DNA of 64,000 nt from Acidimicrobiaceae bacterium. Lineage in GTDB: Bacteria; Actinomycetota; Acidimicrobiia; Acidimicrobiales; RAAP-2. Positions 50,334 through 64,000 of this stretch are shown piece by piece. The stretch lies in assembly GCA_003168075.1 (NCBI GenBank), contig PMTL01000209.1, positions 7,970-71,969 on the forward strand, in the 5' to 3' direction. Numbering within the stretch: position 1 is the stretch's first letter; each line of letters opens with the position of its first letter. The position numbers were made by a program, and so were the translations under genes. The notes beneath the pieces are model-generated. The model was not told the origin of the DNA, did no database searches, and was given only the letters and a program-made list of their open reading frames with translations.

Positions 50334-50358
50334 ATTTTCTATTGAGTAAATAGAGAAT
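50334..50358. promoter_or_regulatory. AT-rich 25-bp dyad operator upstream of the sulfate operon (Rrf2/CymR-like geometry)
   Basis: ATTTTCTATT-GAGTA-AATAGAGAAT (arms 9/10), between TTGACA (minus strand, 50365-50370) and the RBS. Confidence 0.6.
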
Positions 50359-50400
50359 AGCCGGTGTCAATTCCCTGCGCAAGTATTTCCGGTGATCGAT

Positions 50401-51306
50401 CTAGGAGATTAGGGGCTCGCCGTACCACTCGGCCAGTGATTGACCGGTAATTCGCTCGTACGCCGACTCGTAGCGCAACGACGTCGTCGCCACAATCTCC
50501 TCGGGCACGGTCGGCGCGGGAGGCGTCCGGTCCCAGTGCAGTGAGTCGAGCCAGTCACGAAAAGGCTGCTTGTCGTACGAGGGCGGCACGTCACCGCGGC
50601 GTACGTGATCGGCCGGCCAAATGCGCGACGAGTCCGGCGTGAGGACCTCGTCGCACACGACGAGTTCGCCGTCGACGAAGCCCAGCTCGAACTTGGTATC
50701 GGCCAGAACGAGTCCGCGTTCGGCGAGGCGAGCGGATGCTCGTGCGAAGAGACCAAGACACAGCGCACCGGCGCGCTCAACCATGTCGGCGCCGACGATA
50801 TCGGCGGCCTCTTCGAGGTCGATGTTGCGATCGTGCCCTGACGCGGCCTTGGTGGACGGCGTGAACATCGGTGCCTCGAAGGGATCAGTCAACTGCAGCC
50901 CCGCGGGCACGCGCATGTGGTGCACCGTGCCCGTCGCGACGTATTCCTCGTAGGCCTGTCCGGCAAGGCGACCACGCACGATGCATTCGAGTTCGAGCAT
51001 TTCGGCGCGGCGAGCGAGCATCGTACTTCCGTGCCACTGCGCCTCTGCGACAAAGCCCGGCACCCACGACTCAATCACCCCGGGGTCACAAGACACCAGC
51101 GCCGAGGGCACGGTGTCAGAGAACTCGTGCACCCAGAAGTCCGTCAGACCGGTGAGTACGCGTCCCTTGTTAGGAATCGGCTCTCTCATCACCACGTCGT
51201 ACGCGCTCATGCGGTCCGAGGCCACCATCAACAAGTGGTCCTCACCCACCGCGTACAGCTCACGCACTTTTCCCGAATAAAGATGGCGAAGTCCGAGGAC
51301 ACTCAT
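50401..51306 (-). CDS. purC: SAICAR synthetase
   Basis: GKVRELY, SDRMSAYD, DTKFELG, DEVLTPDSSR; ATGA overlap with purB. Confidence 0.96.
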   Translation of the reverse strand: MSVLGLRHLYSGKVRELYAVGEDHLLMVASDRMSAYDVVMREPIPNKGRVLTGLTDFWVHEFSDTVPSALVSCDPGVIESWVPGFVAEAQWHGSTMLARRAEMLELECIVRGRLAGQAYEEYVATGTVHHMRVPAGLQLTDPFEAPMFTPSTKAASGHDRNIDLEEAADIVGADMVERAGALCLGLFARASARLAERGLVLADTKFELGFVDGELVVCDEVLTPDSSRIWPADHVRRGDVPPSYDKQPFRDWLDSLHWDRTPPAPTVPEEIVATTSLRYESAYERITGQSLAEWYGEPLIS

Positions 51307-52610
51307 GACTGCCACGTCAGGGCGTCGAGAAAGCGGCGTCGGTGCGTCACCATGCGTTCAATGTCAAAGGCCCGGGTGAACGTCGTCTCGTCAAGCTGCA
51401 CCGCCTCATCGGCTTCGACGACGTCGCGGAAGTTGCGTTTCTGCTCGATCGAGATGAGCGCGGCCGCTTGGACGATGCGATATGCGCGGTCGCGGGCCAT
51501 ACCCGACTCCACCAGTGCCAACAGCACCGACTGAGAGAACACCAACCCCAGCGATCCCTCGGTCAGGTTCTCCAGCGCCCGCTCGCGCATCAGCACGAGT
51601 CCGTCGGCCAGGCCGGTGGCTTGTCTCAGCATGTACACGGTTAACTGCAATGCGTCGGGTAAAACGACGCGCTCGACGCTCGAGTGACTGATGTCGCGCT
51701 CGTGCCATAGCGCCACGTCCTCGAGCCCCGATTGGAGGTAGCCGCGTAGCACCCGCGCGAGACCGCACAGGCGCTCCGAGAGAATCGGATTGCGCTTGTG
51801 AGGCATCGCCGATGATCCCTTTTGGCCGGGCGCGAAAGGCTCTTGGGCCTCGCCGACTTCGGTACGAGCGAGGTGACGCACCTCGAGAGCAAACTGTTCC
51901 ATTGACGTGCCCAGTGCCGCGCAGACGTACAGGAGCTCGGCGTGGCGGTCGCGGGCGATTACTTGCGTCGCGGGCACGGGGGTGAGCCCCAACGCCCGAC
52001 AGACGAACTCCTCGACCTCCGGGTCGATGTTCGAATATGTTCCCACCGCGCCAGAGAGCTTGCCAACCGCAATGGCCACTCTCGCGTGGGTGGCGCGTTC
52101 GATGTCGCGTTGGACCTGTAACGCAAAGAGGGAGAACTTGGCTCCGAAGGTCGTGGGTTCGGCGTGCACGCCGTGCGTGCGACCGGTGATCGGCCAGTCA
52201 ATGGACTCCACGGCCCGGCGCGTCAGGGCGTCGCGCAGCGCGGTCGCCTCGCGAATGACAATGTCCATTGCTTGGGTGAGGGTGTAGCACAGCGCGGTAT
52301 CAACGACGTCGGAGGACGTCATGCCGTAGTGGATCCAAGCGCCCTCGGGCATGCCAATCCGCGACTGGACGACGTCGACGAACGCGGCGATGTCGTGGTT
52401 AGTGGTGAGCTCGCGCTCGTCGACCGCGGCCACGAAGTCGGCGTCGACGACCGGCCTTCGTGCGCGCAGCGCCGCCACGTCGGCGGTCGGCACGACGCCC
52501 TTCTGCGCCAGTCCCTCGGCGGCCAGGAGCTCGACCTCAAGCATGGTGTCGAAACGGTGTACGTCGCTGAAGAGCTCGGCGACGTCTTTGGGGGAATACC
52601 TAGGAATCAT
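51303..52610 (-). CDS. purB: Adenylosuccinate lyase
   Basis: MIPRY, GRTHGVHAEP, GSSAMPHKRNP. Confidence 0.97.
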   Translation of the reverse strand: MIPRYSPKDVAELFSDVHRFDTMLEVELLAAEGLAQKGVVPTADVAALRARRPVVDADFVAAVDERELTTNHDIAAFVDVVQSRIGMPEGAWIHYGMTSSDVVDTALCYTLTQAMDIVIREATALRDALTRRAVESIDWPITGRTHGVHAEPTTFGAKFSLFALQVQRDIERATHARVAIAVGKLSGAVGTYSNIDPEVEEFVCRALGLTPVPATQVIARDRHAELLYVCAALGTSMEQFALEVRHLARTEVGEAQEPFAPGQKGSSAMPHKRNPILSERLCGLARVLRGYLQSGLEDVALWHERDISHSSVERVVLPDALQLTVYMLRQATGLADGLVLMRERALENLTEGSLGLVFSQSVLLALVESGMARDRAYRIVQAAALISIEQKRNFRDVVEADEAVQLDETTFTRAFDIERMVTHRRRFLDALTWQS

Positions 52611-52619
52611 GGTTCTCCT

Positions 52620-53864
52620 TTAGTTCGCCGACCGGGCGATGTCGTGGCGCATCACGCGTCCGTCGAAGGTGATCTGTTCGGCCGCGGCGTAGGCGCGTTC
52701 GCGCGCCTGCACGAGGGTGTCGCCGACGGCCGTCACGGCCAGCACCCGGCCGCCATTGGTGAGGAAGCGGCCGTGCCCGTCGCGCGAGGTGCCCGCGTGA
52801 AAGATGGTGACGTCCTCAATGGGCAGGGCCAACTGGCCGTCGACACCGAGGCCGTCGATGACGTCGCCCGTGCGCGGCGATTCGGGGTAGCCGTGCGAGG
52901 ACAAGACGACCGTTACCGCGCATTTGCCGTTGGTGGCGGGTACGACGTCGAGTTCGCCCGAGGCCACCGACGACAGAAGTTCATAGAGGTCCGCGCCGTA
53001 GAGCGGGACCAGGACCTCGGTCTCGGGGTCGCCGAAGCGGACGTTGTATTCGAGCAGTTTCGGGCCATGACTACTCATCATCACTCCGGCGTAGAGCACG
53101 CCGCGAAAGTCGATGCGGCGACGGCGCAACTCGTCAAGGGTCGGAGCGACAATGCTCGCCATGACGAGCGCGACGTCAGCCTCGCTCATCGTTTCCATGG
53201 GCGCGTACGCACCCATACCGCCGGTATTGGCTCCGGTGTCGTTCTCGCCCACGCGCTTGAAGTCTTGAGCGGGTACGAGGGGGACGGCGCGCTGGCCGTC
53301 GCAGAGCACGAGCAGCGAGCACTCCTCGCCGTCCAAGCCCTCCTCGATCACAATCGTGGTGCCGGCGTCACCGAAGGCGTTGCCGCTCAATTTGTCGCGC
53401 ACGTCCGCGCAGGCCTCGGTGAAGTCGTGGGTGACGAGCACGCCCTTGCCGGCCGCCAGGCCATCGGTCTTGATGACGTAGGGCGGGGTCATGGTCCGCA
53501 AAAAGTCGTAGGCCTCATCGGGTGCGTCGAAGATGCCAAAATTCGCCGTCGGCACTCCGGCGTCGTGCAGAAACTCCTTCATGTAGGCCTTCGAGGCTTC
53601 GAGCTGCGCGCCGTCACGCCCCGGGCCGAGCACCAACTTGCCCTGGTCGCGCAGTTCGTTAGCGAGACCTCGGGTCAAGAGTAATTCGGGCCCAATGACA
53701 AAGAGGTCGGCGTCGAGTTGGGTCGCGGGAGTATCCACGCAGGTCAAGCCGTGCGCGGCGATGCCGGGATTGCCCGGAGTGACCAGGACGTCGGCGCTCT
53801 TGGCGAGGCCCCACGCGAGGGCGTGCTCTCGCGCGCCGGAACCAACCACCACGCAGCGCGTCAC
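52620..53864 (-). CDS. purD: Phosphoribosylamine--glycine ligase
   Basis: [33 protein letters not shown]; GTGA overlap with purA. Confidence 0.96.
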   Translation of the reverse strand: MTRCVVVGSGAREHALAWGLAKSADVLVTPGNPGIAAHGLTCVDTPATQLDADLFVIGPELLLTRGLANELRDQGKLVLGPGRDGAQLEASKAYMKEFLHDAGVPTANFGIFDAPDEAYDFLRTMTPPYVIKTDGLAAGKGVLVTHDFTEACADVRDKLSGNAFGDAGTTIVIEEGLDGEECSLLVLCDGQRAVPLVPAQDFKRVGENDTGANTGGMGAYAPMETMSEADVALVMASIVAPTLDELRRRRIDFRGVLYAGVMMSSHGPKLLEYNVRFGDPETEVLVPLYGADLYELLSSVASGELDVVPATNGKCAVTVVLSSHGYPESPRTGDVIDGLGVDGQLALPIEDVTIFHAGTSRDGHGRFLTNGGRVLAVTAVGDTLVQARERAYAAAEQITFDGRVMRHDIARSAN

Positions 53865-55138
53865 GACGGTCGAACGAACTGCTCTCGGCCCGGCCCGACG
53901 CCCACCACCGAGATTCGCACGCCGATGGTGTCTTGGAGAAAGCCAACGTAGTCCTTCGCGGCGGCGGGAAGCTGATCGTAACTGGTGAATTCGGTGAGGT
54001 CGCTCAGCCAGCCGGGCACCGTTTCGTAGATCGGTGTGACCTCGTGCAGCACCGACTGGTGATAGGGCGGGAAGTCGTATCGCACACCGCCCGCTTCGTA
54101 GCCGACGCACACCTTGATCTCAGGCAACGTGTCCAGGACGTCGAGCTTGGTGAGGGCGATCTCCGAGAGTGAGTTGAGCCGCGCCGCCTGGCGAGCCATG
54201 ACGGCGTCGAACCAGCCGACGCGACGTCGGCGTCCCGTATTGGTACCGAATTCGTGACCCCGCTCGACGAGCAACTCCGCGAGGTCGCCGTCGAGTTCAG
54301 TCGGAAATGGTCCCGCGCCGACACGCGTGACGTAGGCCTTGGCGATGCCGACGATGTCGGTGAGGTCGCGCGGCCCGAGTCCCGAACCAGTACACGCGCC
54401 GCCGGCCACCGGATTCGATGAGGTGACAAAAGGGTACGTGCCGTGATCGAGGTCCAGGAACGTCGCCTGGGCACCCTCGAGCAGGATGCGCTGACCGTTG
54501 GTCAGTGCTCCGTGGACGATGCCGACAGTGTCGGCGATCATCGGGGCCAGGCGCGGCGCGAGCTCGTCAAGATACTTCTCGCAGATCGACGCGGAGCTGA
54601 TCGAGGGACGGTTATAGATCTTGTTGAGCACGAGATTCTTTTCGTGCAAGACCACCTCGAGTTTCTCGCGAAAAATCTTGGCGTCGAGTAGATCTTGGAC
54701 ACGTAGCCCGACTCGCGACGACTTATCGGCGTACGCCGGTCCGATGCCGCGCTTGGTCGTACCCAGCGCGTTCTTGCCCAAGAAACGTTCGGTGAGTCGA
54801 TCGAGCTCTTGGTGGTAGGGCATAATCAAGTGCGCGTTACCCGACACGACAACCTTGGACACGTCAACTCCCTTGGCCGAGAGCGAGTCGAGTTCGGTCA
54901 AGAGAACGGCCGGGTCCACGACGACGCCGTTACCGATGACCGGCGCGATGTGGGGGTAGAGGACCCCCGAGGGAACGAGTTGCAAGGCGAAGGCCTCGCC
55001 ATCGACGACGATGCGGTGTCCCGCGTTGTGCCCGCCCTGGTAGCGGACCACCATATCCATCTCACGCGCCAGAAGGTCGGTGAGTTTTCCTTTACCTTCG
55101 TCACCCCATTGGGTACCTACTACCACTGTTGCGGGCAC
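53861..55138 (-). CDS. purA: Adenylosuccinate synthetase
   Basis: [34 protein letters not shown]. Confidence 0.98.
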   Translation of the reverse strand: MPATVVVGTQWGDEGKGKLTDLLAREMDMVVRYQGGHNAGHRIVVDGEAFALQLVPSGVLYPHIAPVIGNGVVVDPAVLLTELDSLSAKGVDVSKVVVSGNAHLIMPYHQELDRLTERFLGKNALGTTKRGIGPAYADKSSRVGLRVQDLLDAKIFREKLEVVLHEKNLVLNKIYNRPSISSASICEKYLDELAPRLAPMIADTVGIVHGALTNGQRILLEGAQATFLDLDHGTYPFVTSSNPVAGGACTGSGLGPRDLTDIVGIAKAYVTRVGAGPFPTELDGDLAELLVERGHEFGTNTGRRRRVGWFDAVMARQAARLNSLSEIALTKLDVLDTLPEIKVCVGYEAGGVRYDFPPYHQSVLHEVTPIYETVPGWLSDLTEFTSYDQLPAAAKDYVGFLQDTIGVRISVVGVGPGREQFVRPS

Positions 55139-55198
55139 GGGGCTCCCTCGGAACGGTCAGTTTGCTCTACCAGCCTACTTGACCACTCGAGACTCCCT

Positions 55199-57684
<2,486 letters not shown>

Positions 57685-57688
<4 letters not shown>

Positions 57689-58083
57689 TTCGCACCTCCC
57701 CTACTGCGACGACGGGAGTCAAGGAAGACGGCGATGGTGTTCTGGATCGGCACCAGGTCGCGGCGATATTGACGATGGGTTTCGGCGAGGGATGACTGCG
57801 CTTCGTGCGTGCGCGTCGTCGCCTCCTCATGGAGTCGAGCAACCTCGCCTTCGAGTTTCATGATGCGCTTGACGCCCTCAAGATTGACGCCCTCGTTGGT
57901 GAGGTCCTGGATGCGCCGCAGAGCGGCCAAGTCGGCCTCGGAGAATCGACGAGAGCCACCGCTCGTCCGCTGGGGACTGAGCAATCCGCTGCGCTCGTAG
58001 TTACGCAGAGTCTGGGGGTGGACACCAGCAATCTCGGCGAAGACCGAGATGACGTAGACGGCGTGGTGTTCACGATCGTTCAC
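57685..58083 (-). CDS. hspR: Heat-shock repressor HspR (MerR family)
   Basis: [29 protein letters not shown]; follows dnaJ. Confidence 0.95.
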
Positions 58084-59165
58084 GAGACCTCCTCGTGTAG
58101 CACGGCCGCGAGTTTTTCCACCAGCGTGCGCTGCTCCTTGTTCAGTTTCTTGGGTATTTCCACGTTCACGGTGATGAGCAAGTCGCCGTGGGCGTGCTTG
58201 GCGCTACCGGGCACGCCACGTCCGCGCACTCGCATCGTCGTACCGGGCTGAGTGCCAGCGGGGACCTTCAAAGTGACCGGCTCGTCCAATGTCGCCACCT
58301 CAATGGTGCTACCCAGAATCGCCGCCGTCAGCGGCACCGTCACGGTAGTGGTGACGTGACGCCCGCGACGATCGAAGTTGGGGTCACTGGCGACATGCAC
58401 ATCCACGAAGAGGTCACCGGGGTGTCCGCCCTGCGCGCCGGGACTGCCCTTGCCCTTAAGTCTGATGCGCTGACCATCGACGACGCCCGGAGGGATCCGC
58501 ACGTTGACACGGCGCGAGGAGGGTTCGCGTCCCGAACCCTGACAACTCGGACAAGGCGTGACAATGCGTCCGCCGCGGCCGCCACAGTGCGTGCACACAC
58601 TCGACATCGCGAAGGGACCCTGGTCGTCGTTGGTGACGCCGCGGCCGTTGCAAAATTCACACGTGACGTAGCCACCGGGGGCCGCTCCGCGACCGTGACA
58701 GGTCTTACACGCCTCGTTGCTGGGTAACGACACCGTCGTCGTCACACCGATTACCGAGTCGCGAAAACTCAAGTGCAGCGCAGTCTCCAAGTCCGCTCCG
58801 CGTTGTGCTCGCGGACGTCGATTGCCAAAGAGTCCTCCAAAGAGGTCGCCTAAGTCACCGAGGTCGCCCGTTTGGAAATTGAAGTTACCGGCGCCGGGGC
58901 CTCCGGAACCGCCCGGGCCACCGAAACCGGCAGCGGCGGGGCCGAGTCGACGAACCTCGTCGTACTCCTTGCGCTTAGGGGCGTCACCGAGGACGTCGTA
59001 GGCGACGGAGATCTCCTTGAAGCGCTCTTCGGAACCGGGATTCGTGTCGGGGTGGTGTTGCTTGGCGAGTTTGCGGTACGCGCGCGTGATTTCCTTGTCC
59101 GTCGCGCTCGACGTCACTCCCAAGACTTTGTAGTAGTCCGTGTCGAACCACTCGCGTTCGGCCAT
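58080..59165 (-). CDS. dnaJ: Chaperone DnaJ
   Basis: HPD J-domain, G/F region, four CxxCxGxG repeats. Confidence 0.97.
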   Translation of the reverse strand: MAEREWFDTDYYKVLGVTSSATDKEITRAYRKLAKQHHPDTNPGSEERFKEISVAYDVLGDAPKRKEYDEVRRLGPAAAGFGGPGGSGGPGAGNFNFQTGDLGDLGDLFGGLFGNRRPRAQRGADLETALHLSFRDSVIGVTTTVSLPSNEACKTCHGRGAAPGGYVTCEFCNGRGVTNDDQGPFAMSSVCTHCGGRGGRIVTPCPSCQGSGREPSSRRVNVRIPPGVVDGQRIRLKGKGSPGAQGGHPGDLFVDVHVASDPNFDRRGRHVTTTVTVPLTAAILGSTIEVATLDEPVTLKVPAGTQPGTTMRVRGRGVPGSAKHAHGDLLITVNVEIPKKLNKEQRTLVEKLAAVLHEEVS

Positions 59166-59669
59166 TTAGCCCTTCACTCTCACCATCGCCGGGCGTAGCA
59201 CACTGCCCTTCCATCGGTACCCCGCCCGTAAGACGTCATCGACCACCTGTGCGGAGTCGCCGTCGCCCTCCACGTGCGCTACCGCATCGTGGATCTGGGG
59301 GTCGAACACCACGCCGACTTCGCCGAGTCGTTCGAGGCCCTGCTTCTCCAGGGCGTCGAGCAATAAAGCACGCGACTGATTGAGTGCGGTTGCCTCCTCC
59401 GAGGGGTTGGCGGCGAAGTGCGCGGCGGCGAGGTCAAAGGCGTCAAGCACTGGCAGCAGTGAGGCCGCCAGGGTGCCCGCGGCGCGTTGGGCCGCGTCCT
59501 CCGACGAACGAGCCACACGCTTGCGGTAGTTCTCGAAGTCGGCCTGCAGGTGCTGCAGGGCGTCCAAATACTCGTCGCGCTGCAACTGGGCCTGGGACAG
59601 ATCGGTGATGTCCTGGGTGACGGCGTCCTGGGACGCCGTCACCTCGTCGGACTCAAAGACATCGCTCAC
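59166..59669 (-). CDS. grpE: Nucleotide exchange factor GrpE
   Basis: ADFENYRKR, FDPQIHDAV, LRPAMV. Confidence 0.96.
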   Translation of the reverse strand: MSDVFESDEVTASQDAVTQDITDLSQAQLQRDEYLDALQHLQADFENYRKRVARSSEDAAQRAAGTLAASLLPVLDAFDLAAAHFAANPSEEATALNQSRALLLDALEKQGLERLGEVGVVFDPQIHDAVAHVEGDGDSAQVVDDVLRAGYRWKGSVLRPAMVRVKG

Positions 59670-59671
59670 GG

Positions 59672-61504
<1,833 letters not shown>

Positions 61505-61550
61505 CTATGTCTCGTACTCGGACCCTCCGAGCACCAAACGTGTGATATCA

Positions 61551-61581
61551 ATTGTACAGAGTTGAGTCTCCTCTTGTCAAG
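61551..61581 (-). promoter_or_regulatory. dnaK promoter (TTGACA-N18-TACAAT) overlapped by a HAIR-like HspR operator
   Basis: GTTGAGT-N7-TGTCAAG at 61561-61581, against the HAIR consensus CTTGAGT-N7-ACTCAAG. Confidence 0.8.
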
Positions 61582-61693
61582 AAAACGTATAAGGACTTTC
61601 GTAATTATTGATAAACCTGGTCAAAATTGGTTGATTTCTTCGAATATCCGGCTCGAATTGGGAGGCGTCGACCGACCTCACTACGATGAGGAC

Positions 61694-62446
61694 GTGCCCG
61701 ATCTCATTCTCTTGCGTCACGGACGTTCCCAATGGAACCAACTCAATCTCTTCACCGGTTGGCACGACGTCGACCTGGACGCCCAAGGTGAAGCCGAAGC
61801 CCGCGACGCGGGTCGCCTCCTCGCCGAGTCGGACCTTGACCTGCGAATTTTGCACACGTCTCTCCTGACCCGCGCCATACGCACCGCCGAGATCTCGCTC
61901 TACGAAGCGAGTCGTTCGTGGTTGCCGGTGCGGCGTAGTTGGCGGCTCAATGAGCGTCACTACGGCGACTTGACCGGCAAGGACAAGAAGGAGACGGCCG
62001 AGGAGTTCGGTATGGACCAGCTCAAGCTCTGGCGCCGCTCCTATGACGTGCCGCCGCCCCCGATGCCGGCGGGCGACCCGAGGTCAAACGCACTGGACCC
62101 GCGCTACCGCGACGTGGCACCAGAGGAGATCCCCATGACCGAGTGCCTCAAGGACGTCGTGGCGCGCGTGACGCCCTACTTCGCCGACGTCATCGCTGAG
62201 GACCTACGCCGAGAAGGCGTGAAGGGCGGCGCGGTACTAGTCGTGGCCCACGGCAACTCCATACGCGCGTTGCGCAAGTTGTTGCAAAACATCGACGACG
62301 ACGAGATCGCCGAACTCGAGATTCCAACGGGCATCCCGTATCTCATGAAACTCGATGACACACTCGACGTCCTTGAGGCCGACTACCTCGGTGACCCCGA
62401 CGCCGCCGCAGCGGCCGCTGAGACCGTCGCGCGCCAGGCAGGCTGA
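61694..62446 (+). CDS. gpmA: 2,3-BPG-dependent phosphoglycerate mutase
   Basis: LRHG, FTGW.D, LNERHYG, AHGNS; TACGAT-N6-GTG start. Confidence 0.95.
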   Translation: MPDLILLRHGRSQWNQLNLFTGWHDVDLDAQGEAEARDAGRLLAESDLDLRILHTSLLTRAIRTAEISLYEASRSWLPVRRSWRLNERHYGDLTGKDKKETAEEFGMDQLKLWRRSYDVPPPPMPAGDPRSNALDPRYRDVAPEEIPMTECLKDVVARVTPYFADVIAEDLRREGVKGGAVLVVAHGNSIRALRKLLQNIDDDEIAELEIPTGIPYLMKLDDTLDVLEADYLGDPDAAAAAAETVARQAG

Positions 62447-62458
62447 GTCCGGGGCTGA

Positions 62459-63379
62459 CTAGTATCCTTCGCGCTCAAGAAACCTTTGTAGTTGGCCAAT
62501 GAACGTCGTCCCCTTCAGTGACGGCGTGAGCAAGCTGTTGAGGTGACCGGCTGCGGCCTGCTGGTGAAGGAACTGATCGGCTTCAGGGCTTCGACCCAGT
62601 AGGTACTCATCTGCCGCCCACGCCGCGATGACGCCCACGGAATCTTGATAGTGAGACGACTTCTGGGCGTAGAAGGCGCTCAACCATTGTGATGCGTCGG
62701 CGCGAACGAGCGCGGGGTAGTGGCGCGTCACGTCCAAGAAACTCGCGTGCTCATGGCGCAGGATCTTGATCGGCAATCCCGACGCCGCGAAGTCGGTGAA
62801 CTCATAGGCGAATTCGTCGTTCGCAGTCACGATGGCGACGTAGGGACTACCCGGCAACGTCTCAAGGCGCGCGCCCGGATCACCAAGGTCGATCTCGCTC
62901 TTCACATAAAAACGCCCCGACCCCGGGGAGAAGACCTGGTCCACGAAGCAACAATGCGCCCCACCACTAAAGAGACTCAGCACCACGTCGGGTGAACCGG
63001 GTTGGAGGCGCACGACGCGCAGCGCATGGTCCTGGCCTGAACCGTACGAAGGCTCGGGCCAGCACAGGCGCCCGCACACCGGGGAAAACACCGCAGCGCG
63101 GTACGCTAGGTGCCCGGCGACCTCGATGGTCAGAATTGAGTCCCTCGCCTCCGGTACACCGATATTCCCGCCCTCGGGGTAGGTCTTTTGGTAGGTGAGG
63201 GTCGCCGTCACGTCCCCGAGCGTCGCGGAGTTCGTGGTGGCCGAGGCGAGCACCACCCCGGCGAAGGTAGTGAGAATGACAGCTAGAGCGAGGACGCTGG
63301 CGAGCCCCGAGAACCTGCGGCGACGAATGCGCGATGTGCGAGAAGAGCGGGAGGGAACGAGTGCAGTGGAAGTGATCAC
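62459..63379 (-). CDS. Secreted hypothetical protein (SGGAHCC motif)
   Basis: Arg-rich n-region and hydrophobic h-region; long ORF filling the gap between genes. Confidence 0.7.
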   Translation of the reverse strand: MITSTALVPSRSSRTSRIRRRRFSGLASVLALAVILTTFAGVVLASATTNSATLGDVTATLTYQKTYPEGGNIGVPEARDSILTIEVAGHLAYRAAVFSPVCGRLCWPEPSYGSGQDHALRVVRLQPGSPDVVLSLFSGGAHCCFVDQVFSPGSGRFYVKSEIDLGDPGARLETLPGSPYVAIVTANDEFAYEFTDFAASGLPIKILRHEHASFLDVTRHYPALVRADASQWLSAFYAQKSSHYQDSVGVIAAWAADEYLLGRSPEADQFLHQQAAAGHLNSLLTPSLKGTTFIGQLQRFLEREGY

Positions 63380-63464
63380 GCACCATTATGGCGACCGTGG
63401 CACCGTAATTACACACCAGCGCAAAAAATTAACGTGGGCGCAGTGACGCGGGCGCCCTCGAACG

Positions 63465-63498
63465 ACGAAGGGCGCCGGGTTGCCCCGGCGCCCTTCGT
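63465..63498 (-). terminator. GC-rich hairpin downstream of the P-II gene
   Basis: ACGAAGGGCGCCGGG-TTGC-CCCGGCGCCCTTCGT, perfect 15-bp stem. Confidence 0.75.
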
Positions 63499-63514
63499 TA
63501 TGTTGTGAGGCGGA

Positions 63515-63853
63515 TTAGACCGCTTCGGGTCCGCCCTCGCCGGTGCGGATTCGCACCACGTGCTCAATGTCGGTGACCCAGAGCATGCCGTCACCGACGG
63601 TGTCGGTGCGCGCGGCGTTGGCCACGGCGTCGACGACCTGATCTGCGAGCTCATCGGTCGTGACGATCTCGACCTGAAGCTTGTCGACGAAGTCGAACTC
63701 GTACTCCTTGCCGCGGTAGATCTCGATGTGACCTCCGGTGCGACCGAAGCCGCGCACCTGAGAGACGGTCATTCCTGAGACACCGACCTCACGGGCCGCC
63801 ACCTTGACCTCGTCCAACTTGAACGGCTTGATAACTGCGCTGACTAACTTCAT
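63515..63853 (-). CDS. glnK: Nitrogen regulatory protein P-II (GlnK, amtB-linked)
   Basis: 112 aa; IKPFKLDEV, GFGR, YRG.EY, RIRTGE. Confidence 0.92.
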   Translation of the reverse strand: MKLVSAVIKPFKLDEVKVAAREVGVSGMTVSQVRGFGRTGGHIEIYRGKEYEFDFVDKLQVEIVTTDELADQVVDAVANAARTDTVGDGMLWVTDIEHVVRIRTGEGGPEAV

Positions 63854-63861
63854 GTCGCTCC

Positions 63862-64000
63862 TTAAACGTTGTCGCTGTGCGAGTGGCTGGGGGTCGAAAC
63901 TGGCTCACCGAAGGTGGGCTCCGGGAAGGCCTCCTCGTCGTGGATGGCGAGGTCTCCAATCGCGAGGACTTCATCGGATTCACGCAATCCTACCGTGAAC
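63862..64000 (-). CDS. amtB: Ammonium transporter, C-terminal end only (not in ORF track)
   Basis: Manual translation ...VGLRESDEVLAIGDLAIHDEEAF...*; directly upstream of P-II. Confidence 0.75.
   Translation of the reverse strand, partial: FTVGLRESDEVLAIGDLAIHDEEAFPEPTFGEPVSTPSHSHSDNV

Noticed and set aside
55139-55198. Heat-shock operon reading through into purA
   Set aside because: A TAGGCT -10-like box and an RBS precede purA, so adjacency needs no special explanation

Overview
High-GC actinobacterial chromosome segment. Gene content (hspR with a HAIR operator, widespread leaderless starts) points to Actinomycetota, possibly Acidimicrobiia; this is inference. No integrase, transposase or CRISPR array was recognised. 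Left to right: (1) a molybdenum-cofactor cluster (moaE partial, modA/wtpA-like SBP, fused modBC, HTH-TOBE regulator, moaA, moaC, mobA, fdhD, YdeP/FdhF-type oxidoreductase); (2) a ~15 kb divergent locus that reads as a peptidoglycan-fragment scavenging pathway: Opp-type ABC importer with anmK inside it, a GntR/UTRA regulator fused to a GNAT, an AmiE-like serine hydrolase, a MurQ-NagA fusion, an FAD/Fe-S 2-hydroxyacid dehydrogenase and a SIS-domain sugar-phosphate deaminase; (3) accessory genes, including a DHA2 MFS pump with a candidate uORF/terminator leader, two adjacent frameshifted genes, dat-ddc, an ABC-2 exporter, trhO and mscS; (4) tRNA-Asp and tRNA-Phe; (5) a pur cluster interrupted by a sulfate ABC operon and a PHP gene; (6) dnaK-grpE-dnaJ-hspR-clpB, gpmA, a P-II gene and the 3' end of amtB. 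The best candidate for an undescribed system is the cell-wall scavenging locus with its two fusions. A second notable signal is that all three ABC substrate-binding proteins lack a lipobox cysteine. All calls come from reading motifs by eye; no database searches were run.
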